A DNA stretch of 64,000 nt from a virus (IMGVR_UViG_3300036784_000146:64001-128000), one strand, 5' to 3'; shown: positions 35,825 through 44,584, numbered from the stretch's first letter. Notes: generated by a model from the letters alone, not told the origin. A program made the numbers and translations.

Positions 35825-36655
35825 ATGACCACCACAATGAAGTACGCCCCCAACGGCAAGACCTACGAGCTTCACCAGTACGAGGACCCGTACCCCGACA
35901 AGGGCGCGCGCGACCGTATTCACCGGCGCGATGACTGCGGGCGCTGCGGCGGCTCGGGCATCTACCGCTGGCACACCTACTACGGCGAGGCGTCCGGCGG
36001 CTGCTTCGGCTGCTGGGGCACCGGCAAGATCGAGCGCAGCTCGGCCGTGTCGACGCTGCGCAAGCACGCCAAGCAGGAGGCCTTGTGGGCCGAGTACGGC
36101 GACGAGCTGCGGGCCTACCACGACGAGCAGGGCGAGATCGCCCGGGCCGCCCAGAGGGCCGCCGAGTTCGCCGAGCACTGGGACGAGGCGCACGCCGAGC
36201 AGGACCGCCGAGCCGCTCTGGTCCAGGGCTTCCTGGGTGAGATCGGCGAGAAGGTCGCCAACATCCCGGTGACCATCCGGTTCGCCAAGTACAACGAGGG
36301 TGCCTGGAACCGCTCGGCCACCATGTTCATCATCGCCGAGACCGACTCGGGTCAGATCATCAAGATCTCGGGATCCAGCCAGAGCCTGTTCGGCTTGGAG
36401 CGGGGCCAGGAGACGGTGATCCTGAGCGCCAAGGTCAAGGACCACGGCGAGTACCAGGGCCAGCAGCAAACCATCCTGTTCCACGTGAAGATCGACGACT
36501 TCGACAAGCGCGCGGCGCGCTGCATGGCCTACGGCATCACCGAGTGGGAGGACGCCGTCGACCGCGAGATGCGGCCCGAGGAGCGCGAGCGTTTCGAGGC
36601 CTACGTCGAGGCGCAACGGGCCGAGTACGAGGACGAGCTGTTGGGAGCGTCATGA
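35825..36655 (+). CDS. Zn-finger (CxxCxGxG x2) plus OB-fold-like protein
   Basis: CGRCGGSG..CFGCWGTG; FLGEIGEKV...AKVKDHGEYQGQQQT OB-like C-terminus. Confidence 0.65.
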   Translation: MTTTMKYAPNGKTYELHQYEDPYPDKGARDRIHRRDDCGRCGGSGIYRWHTYYGEASGGCFGCWGTGKIERSSAVSTLRKHAKQEALWAEYGDELRAYHDEQGEIARAAQRAAEFAEHWDEAHAEQDRRAALVQGFLGEIGEKVANIPVTIRFAKYNEGAWNRSATMFIIAETDSGQIIKISGSSQSLFGLERGQETVILSAKVKDHGEYQGQQQTILFHVKIDDFDKRAARCMAYGITEWEDAVDREMRPEERERFEAYVEAQRAEYEDELLGAS

Positions 36656-36876
36656 TCACACCGCGCAAGCCCGAGCACGCCAACAAGCACGAGCACGTCG
36701 GCAAGGGCTACATGATCGAGCGCAGGCTGATGGGCTATTCCTATCCGCGCAACGGCAACGTGCACAACGCCACCCCTCAGTATCACTGGGTGCTCTATCT
36801 CAACGGCAAGCAAGTGGATTCCGACCCCCGGCGCACCCCGCTGCGTCGGGCCGCACGAAGGGACGATTACCGATGA
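36652..36876 (+). CDS. Hypothetical protein
   Basis: ATGA overlaps. Confidence 0.6.
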   Translation: MITPRKPEHANKHEHVGKGYMIERRLMGYSYPRNGNVHNATPQYHWVLYLNGKQVDSDPRRTPLRRAARRDDYR

Positions 36877-37187
36877 CACCAACCAAGGAGAGCCGCTTCG
36901 AGCTGCTCTACCGCACCAAGGACTCAGCCTTGCGGTACTGGGGAGTCCAGCTGCGGATCGACAAGAACAAGCTGCCCATCGAGCTGGGCACCGACCACAC
37001 TGCAGGCCTGGATTGGCTGCACGACAACGGGTTCACCGAGACCCACTGGAACTGGGAGGACCGCCGGTACTTGGGCGGCAACAACGTGTGGGGCAAGACC
37101 CAGGAGTTCTGGGTCTCGGTGGCCTTCCGCAATCCCGAGACTGGGCAGTCGGCCTGGCTCGACTACAAGAGCGAGGAGAAACGCTAG
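36873..37187 (+). CDS. Hypothetical protein
   Basis: ATGA overlap; codon bias. Confidence 0.65.
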   Translation: MTPTKESRFELLYRTKDSALRYWGVQLRIDKNKLPIELGTDHTAGLDWLHDNGFTETHWNWEDRRYLGGNNVWGKTQEFWVSVAFRNPETGQSAWLDYKSEEKR

Positions 37188-37507
37188 TGAAGAAAGTCCT
37201 TCTGGCGCTGGCCGGGCCGATCATTGCCCTGCTGCTGGCGCCGACAGCCCACGCTGACGTCTTCGACGTCTGCCCCGGCGGTCACGCCGGTGTCGTCGGC
37301 GGCCATACCAGCTGTACGTTCGCCAACATCGTCAGCCAGGTCTACTTCGCCACCCGGTCCAGTCAGTTCGTTGCCTACTCGCCGGTCACCAACCAGAGCT
37401 ATGTGATGACCTGCGTGGGCAGCTACCCGGCCTACTTCACCGACGGCAGCGAACGCATCTCGACACGCTGCTACGGCGGGGATGGTGCCGAGGTGGTGCT
37501 TTGGTAG
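37187..37507 (+). CDS. Secreted four-Cys protein
   Basis: Signal peptide MKKVLLALAG..PTAHA; TSCTFA..V...YSPVT.QSY.MTC..C.GG motif of mycobacterial exported proteins. Confidence 0.7.
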   Translation: MKKVLLALAGPIIALLLAPTAHADVFDVCPGGHAGVVGGHTSCTFANIVSQVYFATRSSQFVAYSPVTNQSYVMTCVGSYPAYFTDGSERISTRCYGGDGAEVVLW

Positions 37508-37512
37508 GCGAT

Positions 37513-37552
37513 TAACCTATCAGGTAAACTTATAACTGGAAGGGAGACACAC
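37513..37552 (+). promoter_or_regulatory. Degenerate copy of the promoter/RBS motif
   Basis: AACCTATCAGGTAAACT...TGGAAGGGAGACACAC. Confidence 0.7.
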
Positions 37553-37759
37553 ATGAGCGACATCCAGATCCAGAGTCATGACACAGGGAAGGAGCCTCAA
37601 GGTCCCACCTGGACCACCGACGAGGCCACCCGTGATTTCGAGTTCATCGGGTTCTTGGCCCCCTTCGTGATGGTCAAGCGCCGCTCCGACGGCAAGCGCG
37701 GCTCGTTGGAGTTCAAGCACAGTCCGCGCGTCTACTTCGACTTCAAAGAGGAGGAATGA
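37553..37759 (+). CDS. Hypothetical protein
   Basis: Strong RBS motif. Confidence 0.7.
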   Translation: MSDIQIQSHDTGKEPQGPTWTTDEATRDFEFIGFLAPFVMVKRRSDGKRGSLEFKHSPRVYFDFKEEE

Positions 37760-38148
37760 TCATGAAAGTGCTTGTCGCCACCAACATCCCGGGGGTGACT
37801 GAGTTCTGCTACGTGCCCGAAGGTGAGATCTGCTACGAACAAGCGCTCATCTGCTCAGCGGGCCCGGCCTGTGGGTGTGAGCGTTCGATATCAGGAACCG
37901 ACACCTCGCGCGCGACGACGACAGTGAAAGTCGCCGAGGTCGAGCTGGATCACCACGACCTGTTCGACCTGGCCGCGAAGGTTGGCCGAGCGTCCGGCTG
38001 GGGCGGGGACATCGTGCTGGCTGGGTTGCAGTCGGCTGTCAAGGTGGCCGAGGGGTTCGACGTCGGCACCGTGCTGGTGATCGACTTCGACTACGACAAA
38101 GGGGAGCGCCTGTACAAGCCCATGAGCCCGGAGGTGGTGGGCGCGTGA
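37756..38148 (+). CDS. Hypothetical protein (CGCERS motif)
   Basis: RBS GAGGAGG; overlaps. Confidence 0.65.
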   Translation: MIMKVLVATNIPGVTEFCYVPEGEICYEQALICSAGPACGCERSISGTDTSRATTTVKVAEVELDHHDLFDLAAKVGRASGWGGDIVLAGLQSAVKVAEGFDVGTVLVIDFDYDKGERLYKPMSPEVVGA

Positions 38149-38477
38149 GCATCCCGATAAAACACCTTCTGCTGCTGATACTGCCGGGGATCTTCGTCCT
38201 GGCCGCTCCGGTAGCCCATGCCAACCCCATTCTGCATCCCGTCGGCCGCTCCGGTGACCACAGTGTCGCCAACGTGCGCATCGACATCTCTACGATCGAC
38301 GACCGGTACGCCTACTCCATGCCTGACGACGCGCCGTCGACGATCTGTGAAGGGCTGCGTCAGGGGCTGGGCGAGACTCATGTGGTCTCGATCGCGGAGA
38401 ACTCCGGTTTCCCCCACCTGGTGGCTCAGGCTGCGGTGTTCTCCTCGGAGTTCCACTTCTGCCCGGAGTACTACTAG
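38145..38477 (+). CDS. Secreted DUF732-like protein
   Basis: Signal peptide ending PVAHA; ICEGLRQG...FCPEY. Confidence 0.6.
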   Translation: MSIPIKHLLLLILPGIFVLAAPVAHANPILHPVGRSGDHSVANVRIDISTIDDRYAYSMPDDAPSTICEGLRQGLGETHVVSIAENSGFPHLVAQAAVFSSEFHFCPEYY

Positions 38478-38854
38478 CCGTCGGCTAGGCTGTCCTCCGG
38501 AGCCCGTGCGCCTTCCTCGCCCCCCGGGGAGCTGGCGCCGGGCTCTTCAGCTTGCGGCGGGTTCAGAATCGCAGCCAGCTCGGGCCCGATTTGAAACTTC
38601 ATCCGGCGCTTGCGGCCGAACCGACGGTGCGTGATCGTCACCGGCAGCTTCTGGATTCCCAGCTCGATCGCGACGTGGATGCGCCGATGTCCCTCTTCGA
38701 CCACTACGTGCACACCGTCGGTGGCCAGCTCGATCGGCTCTTTGATCTCGCCGTCCTCCTCGACCCGGCGCAGCAGGTTGCGGTAGACGTGCAGGTCCTG
38801 GCAGGTGCGGTGCGCACGGTAGCGGTACAGTTCGATGGTCGAGATCTCAGGCAT
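38474..38854 (-). CDS. Stand-alone ParB/Srx-like domain protein
   Basis: IKEPIEL..EGHRRIHVAIELGIQKLPV. Confidence 0.7.
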   Translation of the reverse strand: MPEISTIELYRYRAHRTCQDLHVYRNLLRRVEEDGEIKEPIELATDGVHVVVEEGHRRIHVAIELGIQKLPVTITHRRFGRKRRMKFQIGPELAAILNPPQAEEPGASSPGGEEGARAPEDSLADG

Positions 38855-39279
38855 TAGGTACTCCTTGGAAAGCGGCGCAGGACATCGTCAACATGGTCCA
38901 ATCCTCGCAGGTGGATTCGTAAAATCATCTGCTCTTCGGCGCCGGGGACCGGAATCCGAAAAGTTGCCAACACGCCGTGACGATATACCGGCTCCAAATA
39001 ACCGAAGTCACGCCACAACTCAGAGTGACGCTTCCAGTAGCAAGCCTTGGATGTGCCTCCGTTGCAGGGCACAGGAAGGTTCGCGGCTATCGCGCATTGG
39101 TCAGCGCTCAGTCCGTCGTAGAGAGGGTCACGATTACCCACCCGGGCATGGGCAAGCAGAAGGGCAAAACGCTGGCCGTTTCGGTATCGCTGATTGATCC
39201 GGGCCGACTTCCAGCTAGTCAGCGGATCGTTCCTCCGAGCGGGCCAAGAGTCCTCCGGAAAGAGCGAATGTACGGTCAT
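38854..39279 (-). CDS. Putative winged-HTH DNA-binding protein
   Basis: ATGA overlap with the helicase stop; ARRNDPLTS..A N-terminus and KRHSEL, typical of phage wHTH proteins. Confidence 0.55.
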   Translation of the reverse strand: MTVHSLFPEDSWPARRNDPLTSWKSARINQRYRNGQRFALLLAHARVGNRDPLYDGLSADQCAIAANLPVPCNGGTSKACYWKRHSELWRDFGYLEPVYRHGVLATFRIPVPGAEEQMILRIHLRGLDHVDDVLRRFPRST

Positions 39280-41228
39280 GGGGCCTCCTTCAGTCGGTTC
39301 CAAAAATCCCGATCGTCACCAAAGATCAAATACTCACCATTGTTGTCCTCGCTGGGCCGGGCGAAGTCGGGTAGTGCCACTACCTCGCTGGTCCCCAACG
39401 TGGCCTCAGCCAGCTGGCGCCGGTACTCGCAGACCCCGGCGATGCGCTCCTCGATCGAGTCCTCGGTGACGTAGGTGTAGGCCGTCAGCCCGGCCATCTC
39501 CGAGTCGCTGCGGTGGATCCGGTTGATCCGCTGCTGGTAGTCGTCGTAGCTATAGGGGCACTCGTACTGGATGCAGTAGCGGGCCTCCTGCATGTTCAGG
39601 CAGTATGCCCCGGCGTCCGAGGACAGGAACAGCGTGATGCGGGCGTCCCGCTTGAAACGATCTTGAGCCTGTTGGGACTCCTTCTCGGACTGGCCGGTGC
39701 CGTAGTGCACGACGTGGCTGATCTTGCGCTTGTCCAGCTCGCGCGACAGGATCAGCAGCCCCAGGTTCGTCCACTTGCTGAACGCGATGACCTTGTCCCC
39801 GGCGTCGGCGATCGACTCCACCTGGTCGAGGAAGTACTCCACCTTCGCCGAGTGCCGCGAGGTGATCAGCGATGGGAACTCCGCGCACAGGAACCGGGCT
39901 ATCGGCGAGGTGGAGTGCATCAGGGCTTCGGGGGTGTTGCACACGTAGCGCTGCACCAGTGCGTAGGGCGCCATCGGCTCCTTGGCGCGCTTGGCCTCCC
40001 GAGCAAGGTATTCGATGGCCCCAAGCAGCTCGCGGTCCTGGTCGCTCATCTGGATCGGCACATACTCGACGTCCAGGGGCGGGAAGTATTCGCGCATGCC
40101 GGGGTCGCCCTTGCGGACGTTCTGAACGCGGTCGGCTACCCGGTGACGCACCTCGTGCAGTGCGGCGAGGTCCCAGTCGTACTCGACGGTGGTGAACTCC
40201 CCGCCCGCGCGGGTGTTGCGCCGGTAGGTGCGCTTCTTGATTGCGCCGAACTGGTCGCGCTCGACGTAGCGGTTCTCGAAGTCCTCCACGGTGCCCAGCG
40301 GGTTGTCGCGGGTCTGAGTCAGCGCGAACAGGCTGCGGTAGCGCAGCGGGTTGGATCCCACGATCGAGGCGGTCATCGGCCAGATGGTGGCGTGACACTC
40401 TTTGATCAGGGCGTCTAGCGCCTTGCGGGCCTGGGTCTTGGCCGAGCCGGTCAGCACCTGCTGCACCTCGTCGAGCACGAACAGCACCTTGTTGCCTCGG
40501 GTGATCTGGGAAACTTCCTCGTAGTCGAAGCGGGGCTTCTCGTAGTTCATGACGAACACGTCGGTGTCCCCACCGGCGGTCTTGGCCGTCCAGTATCCGT
40601 TGCGGCGTTTGGCCTTGGTGCCGTCGTTGACGAACGCTTGAAGGTGGGTGGTGTCGGTGAAGAAGTTGCGCAGGTTGATCTTGTGCCGGGGCATGGTGAA
40701 CGCCAGCACCAAGTCGATCTCGCCTCTGTTGACCAGCTCCTGAGCCCCTGCGCAGGCGAACAGGGACTTACCCGCCCCGGCACACCACCCGGGCACGGTG
40801 AGGCGCTCAGAGGCCTTCTGAGCCCGATTCCGTTCGAGCGCACGCTGCAGACCGAACTGCTGATAGGGCCGCAGCTCCTTGCCGTGCGGGCAGGTGAAGC
40901 CGTCAATCTTCAGCTCTTGCTCCCACCGGGCGTATCCATCCAGTACCTCCATGGCGCCGGACCCGTACACGGTGATCCACCCATCGCCATGCAGCTGCTC
41001 CATGAAGGAGGCGAAGAGATGGTGTTCGTTGAGGACCATGAACCGGCTGACCCAGTTGTCCTCGATGCCGTAGCGCTCGAAGAAGGACTGCCGGTCGTCG
41101 TCGAAGGGCTGGAACACCAGGGTGCCCGGGAAAGACTTGGACTGCTCGATGATGACGATGGTGTCGAGGTCAATGAGGGGATCAGCCGCCAGCAGCTCGA
41201 TCTCCGCCTCAAGACTGGTGTGTGTCAC
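39276..41228 (-). CDS. SNF2-like SF2 helicase
   Basis: LRPYQ, GAGKS, DEVQ, MTAS, SSDAG..LNMQEA, QRINRIHR. Confidence 0.9.
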   Translation of the reverse strand: MTHTSLEAEIELLAADPLIDLDTIVIIEQSKSFPGTLVFQPFDDDRQSFFERYGIEDNWVSRFMVLNEHHLFASFMEQLHGDGWITVYGSGAMEVLDGYARWEQELKIDGFTCPHGKELRPYQQFGLQRALERNRAQKASERLTVPGWCAGAGKSLFACAGAQELVNRGEIDLVLAFTMPRHKINLRNFFTDTTHLQAFVNDGTKAKRRNGYWTAKTAGGDTDVFVMNYEKPRFDYEEVSQITRGNKVLFVLDEVQQVLTGSAKTQARKALDALIKECHATIWPMTASIVGSNPLRYRSLFALTQTRDNPLGTVEDFENRYVERDQFGAIKKRTYRRNTRAGGEFTTVEYDWDLAALHEVRHRVADRVQNVRKGDPGMREYFPPLDVEYVPIQMSDQDRELLGAIEYLAREAKRAKEPMAPYALVQRYVCNTPEALMHSTSPIARFLCAEFPSLITSRHSAKVEYFLDQVESIADAGDKVIAFSKWTNLGLLILSRELDKRKISHVVHYGTGQSEKESQQAQDRFKRDARITLFLSSDAGAYCLNMQEARYCIQYECPYSYDDYQQRINRIHRSDSEMAGLTAYTYVTEDSIEERIAGVCEYRRQLAEATLGTSEVVALPDFARPSEDNNGEYLIFGDDRDFWNRLKEAP

Positions 41229-41234
41229 CCAGCC

Positions 41235-41240
41235 ATTATA
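41235..41240 (-). promoter_or_regulatory. TATAAT -10 element, leaderless start of the SNF2 operon
   Basis: Perfect -10 located 6 nt before GTG 41228; no RBS. Confidence 0.65.
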
Positions 41241-41261
41241 GGTAACTTAGGGCAAGAGGAA

Positions 41262-41298
41262 AGCCCCGGGGTTGTACATCCCCCAGGGCTCTCTCTTT
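41262..41298. terminator. GC-rich hairpin with pyrimidine tails on both strands
   Basis: AGCCCcGGGG...CCCCaGGGCT followed by CTCTCTTT. Confidence 0.45.
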
Positions 41299-41338
41299 CA
41301 CCCAACCACCACACCGAGGTCAACAGACTACCAATCCA

Positions 41339-41373
41339 CATCTTGTGGTGTCCACGGGTTTTACCACAAGATG
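41339..41373. repeat. Perfect 11-bp inverted repeat
   Basis: CATCTTGTGGT-N13-ACCACAAGATG. Confidence 0.8.
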
Positions 41374-41417
41374 CAGGTGAGGGTTGCAAATGCGTAATTA
41401 CAGGCGTAGAACAAATG

Positions 41418-41456
41418 ACTGAAGCCCCCGACCCGGAAAGATCTGGGGGCTTCAGT
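41418..41456. repeat. Perfect 12-bp inverted repeat (terminator-like)
   Basis: ACTGAAGCCCCC-N15-GGGGGCTTCAGT. Confidence 0.8.
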
Positions 41457-41829
41457 ACACGCTTTGGACGCAGCGCCGAGTATATCTCAGGCCTGCCCGA
41501 TTCTGAAAGGGCACCCCCGGCGCTTTCTTGGGCAAGTTCCGCCATCTAAACCGAACCGCTCAACAACCGGCCTGATAACTGCAGCATTCAGACCATCCCG
41601 CTCCACCTCGTGTCTATTCGGACCCGGGGCTACCGGTGCTGCTGTGGGATCGCTTTTTGCCCATTTCAAGCCGCCACCGCGTGGGGGAGGAGGGGGGTTT
41701 GGGGGGAGGAGGGGGCGTGGCGGGGCGCGGAGCACAATGAGGGATTGCTTTTAGACGACCGGAGTCGTCAGACCCTCAAGATAGGGTCTCCCACCAGGCA
41801 GCAAACCCCCAGCAAACAGGCTGGCTTTA

Positions 41830-41874
41830 GACCTCCATTAGGTGTAAATTAGAGGTCGGAAGGAGACACACACT
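41830..41874 (+). promoter_or_regulatory. Promoter/RBS motif for the UvrD operon
   Basis: GACCTC-N16-GAGGTC flanking TAAATT; GGAAGGAGACACAC. Confidence 0.6.
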
Positions 41875-43404
41875 ATGGAGTTCACCCCCACAGCAGAGCA
41901 GCAGGCGGTCATCGATGCCGCACAGACCGGGGCCAACCTGGTCATCCAGGCCGGGGCAGGAACCGGCAAGACCTCAACCCTGCAGATGGTCGCCGAGGCA
42001 CGCCCGCGCGTGAGCCTCTACGTGGCCTATAACAAGTCGATCGCCACCGACGCGGCCACCAAGTTCCCCTCGCTGGTGAAGTGCAAGACCTCCCACTCGC
42101 TGGCGTTCGGCGCGGTGGGGCGCAAGTTCAGCCACCGACTCAACAGCGCGCGGCGCCCGTCGTGGGAGCTGGCCAAGGACATGGGTCTGGGCTGGCTGAA
42201 GCTGGGCCGTGACATCCGGGTGGCACCACACCAGCAGGCCCGCATCGCGGGCGACACGGTGCGCCGGTTCTGCTACTCGGCCGACGACGAATTGGGAGCG
42301 GCCCACGTCCCGTTCCAGAACGGCATCGCCGGGCGCAACCACAACGACCTGGTTGCCCGGATCCTGCCGCTGGCCCGCGACTGGTGGAACGACGTCAACA
42401 GCATCGATGGCACGATGCCCTTCGAGCACGATCACTACCTGAAGATGTGGGCCTTGGAGGATCCCGACCTGTTCGTGGACATCGTGTTCCTCGACGAGGC
42501 GCAGGACTCCAACCCGGTGCTGGCCAAGCTGATCGCCGCCCAGGAAGCCCAGCAGATCGTGGTGGGGGACTCCTGCCAGCAGATGTACGCCTGGCGGGGC
42601 GCGGTGGATGCCCTCTCCGGCTGGAAGGACTCCAAGGAGCTGTTCCTCAAGCAGTCCTGGCGGTTCGGGGAGGCCATCGCCGATGAGGCCAACAAGTGGC
42701 TGGCCCAGCTGCCCACTCCGTTGGAGCTGATCGGCAACCCGCACCTGGACTCGACGCTGGACGAGCTGGAAGACCCGGCCGCCATCCTGTGCCGGACCAA
42801 CGCCGGGGCGATGGGCGCCGTGCTGGGATCCATGGAGGCCAACAAGAACGTCTCGCTGGTGGGTGGCGGGGAGCAGCTGGCCCGCCTCGCCAAGGCATGC
42901 GCGGACCTGCGGGCGGGCAAGAAGACCTCCCACCCCGAGCTGTTCGCCTTCGACTCCTGGGACGAGGTGGCCCGCTACGCCAAAGAGGAGGCTTCCGGAT
43001 CCGACCTGCGCCCGCTGGTGAACCTGATCGACGAGCACGGCACCGACAAGATCATCGAGGCCACCCAGAAGCTGGTGAGCGAGGCCAACGCCGACGTGGT
43101 GGTGTCGACGGTCCACAAGGCCAAGGGCCGCGAGTGGGACACGGTGGCCGTGGCCGGGGACTTCTTCGAGCCGCGTTCGGTGGAGGGGGCCGACCCGGTT
43201 ATCGGCGAGTCCGAGGCGATGGTGGGCTACGTGGCGGTGACCCGGGCCAAGATGGTGCTGGACCGCTCCAACCTGGCCTGGATCGACGACTTCGTCGACC
43301 CGCCGGAGGTCGACCCGGTGGCCGAGGACGACTACGACGAGGGCATCGATCCCCAGGTCCTCGACGAGATCTACGCCCTTCCCTCCGCCGAGAAGGAGGA
43401 CTGA
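41875..43404 (+). CDS. UvrD-like SF1 helicase
   Basis: AGAGTGKT, DEAQD, VGD..Q.MYAWRGA, SWRFG, STVHKAKGREW, YVAVTRAK. Confidence 0.93.
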   Translation: MEFTPTAEQQAVIDAAQTGANLVIQAGAGTGKTSTLQMVAEARPRVSLYVAYNKSIATDAATKFPSLVKCKTSHSLAFGAVGRKFSHRLNSARRPSWELAKDMGLGWLKLGRDIRVAPHQQARIAGDTVRRFCYSADDELGAAHVPFQNGIAGRNHNDLVARILPLARDWWNDVNSIDGTMPFEHDHYLKMWALEDPDLFVDIVFLDEAQDSNPVLAKLIAAQEAQQIVVGDSCQQMYAWRGAVDALSGWKDSKELFLKQSWRFGEAIADEANKWLAQLPTPLELIGNPHLDSTLDELEDPAAILCRTNAGAMGAVLGSMEANKNVSLVGGGEQLARLAKACADLRAGKKTSHPELFAFDSWDEVARYAKEEASGSDLRPLVNLIDEHGTDKIIEATQKLVSEANADVVVSTVHKAKGREWDTVAVAGDFFEPRSVEGADPVIGESEAMVGYVAVTRAKMVLDRSNLAWIDDFVDPPEVDPVAEDDYDEGIDPQVLDEIYALPSAEKED

Positions 43405-43658
43405 TGGGGATCTGCAAGCTGGAATCGTTTCGCTACGAGTGCGACCGCTGCGGGGATGTCGCCGAGCATCCCGATCACAAGGCTGCCGTCGAGCGGGGCT
43501 GGATGCAGTTTCCGCCCATCGACGGTCTGCGGGTTCGGGTGTTGTGTCCCACCGACGCCACGAAGCTGGACCGGTTCCTGCAGGGCAATAAGACCCCGTG
43601 CAGCATCAACTTCAACGACAACGAGGAATCACGCTGGCTTCGGAGCTGTGGTCAATAG
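43404..43658 (+). CDS. Small Zn-binding hypothetical protein
   Basis: TGATG overlap; CDRC..GW..LCP. Confidence 0.6.
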   Translation: MGICKLESFRYECDRCGDVAEHPDHKAAVERGWMQFPPIDGLRVRVLCPTDATKLDRFLQGNKTPCSINFNDNEESRWLRSCGQ

Positions 43659-43667
43659 CGTCTGGCG

Positions 43668-43698
43668 TTAGAGACAAATTAGAGGTAAATTAGAGCCC
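43668..43698 (+). promoter_or_regulatory. Three TTAGAG repeats at 11-bp period around a TAAATT -10
   Basis: TTAGAGACAAA TTAGAGGTAAA TTAGAGCCC followed by ATG. Confidence 0.6.
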
Positions 43699-44157
43699 AT
43701 GACTGAGACACACACACGACCCGCGCACGGGGGCCTTGGGCCCCCTCCCACCTGGTTCATGGTGCGCAAGATCGACACCATGTACCGGGAGGGCTACGAG
43801 GTCAGCTACCGGACTCTTGACGTTTTGCATCGACACAAGTCCCGCCACGTGTTCGAGGACTTCTCCACCCGGGAAGCCGCCGTCGACCACGGCCTCGCCC
43901 AGGGCTGGGTTCATGTCAAGACTTGGAAGGAAGCCCGAGAGCTGGCCCAGCCCTGGATTGATGCTGGTGCCGCCGAGCGTGACCGGCGCAAGCTGGCCAG
44001 GGAGAACACCACCAGCGTCGTGATCGGCACCCACGAGACGCGGCGGTTCTACGTCGACACCCAGCTGGCCGACCAGTTGCGCAAGCTGCTGTCCGACGCG
44101 GCAGACTCCGACGGCGTGGTCCGTGATTTCGGCGACGGCCGGGTGTGGACCGGCTGA
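43699..44157 (+). CDS. Hypothetical protein, probably leaderless
   Basis: ATG 7 nt after the -10; codon bias. Confidence 0.65.
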   Translation: MTETHTRPAHGGLGPPPTWFMVRKIDTMYREGYEVSYRTLDVLHRHKSRHVFEDFSTREAAVDHGLAQGWVHVKTWKEARELAQPWIDAGAAERDRRKLARENTTSVVIGTHETRRFYVDTQLADQLRKLLSDAADSDGVVRDFGDGRVWTG

Positions 44158-44375
44158 TGGCACTCAAGGCATACCGGATGGGCACCGATGACGAGGTGTT
44201 TCCTGGCGATCAGGTGGAGAACCCTAACAGTGGCCGCATCGGGATTTTGGTCAACTGCCGAAGGGCCGCCCGACCGGGTAGGGACGGGTCGGTGTTTGTT
44301 TACTGGCCCGACGACGGCAGCTCACGGCGGTACTACGACCACGTGTTCGGTCTCGATGTCCAGGAGGCGAGCTGA
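44157..44375 (+). CDS. Hypothetical SH3-like protein
   Basis: TGATG overlaps. Confidence 0.6.
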   Translation: MALKAYRMGTDDEVFPGDQVENPNSGRIGILVNCRRAARPGRDGSVFVYWPDDGSSRRYYDHVFGLDVQEAS

Positions 44376-44584
44376 TGATTCGAGTAACGCTTCAACAGGA
44401 GGCGATAACCAGGCGGATTATCTGCCGGGTGAACGACAGTCCCCGCAACATCTCGATGTTGTCCCTGCGCGGTGCACAGCGTGAGATTACCGGCGCTCTC
44501 ATCTCTGAAGGATGCTCTCCGACAGGATTGTGGCAGCGTGTTGAGTCGGACAGCGGTCAAATAGAACGCTGGTTCGACTCGTGA
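44375..44584 (+). CDS. Hypothetical protein
   Basis: RBS AGGAGG; overlaps. Confidence 0.55.
   Translation: MIRVTLQQEAITRRIICRVNDSPRNISMLSLRGAQREITGALISEGCSPTGLWQRVESDSGQIERWFDS

Noticed and set aside
36477-36492. Second parS-like sequence TGTTCCACGTGAAGAT
   Set aside because: Three mismatches break the right arm, and it is explained by the coding sequence LFHVKI
41332-41356. DnaA boxes (CAATCCACA, GTGTCCACG)
   Set aside because: Only 7/9 matches, too weak to support
41487-41735. Pro-rich minus-strand ORF in the intergenic region
   Set aside because: No clear RBS, atypical codon usage and low complexity; not called, though not excluded
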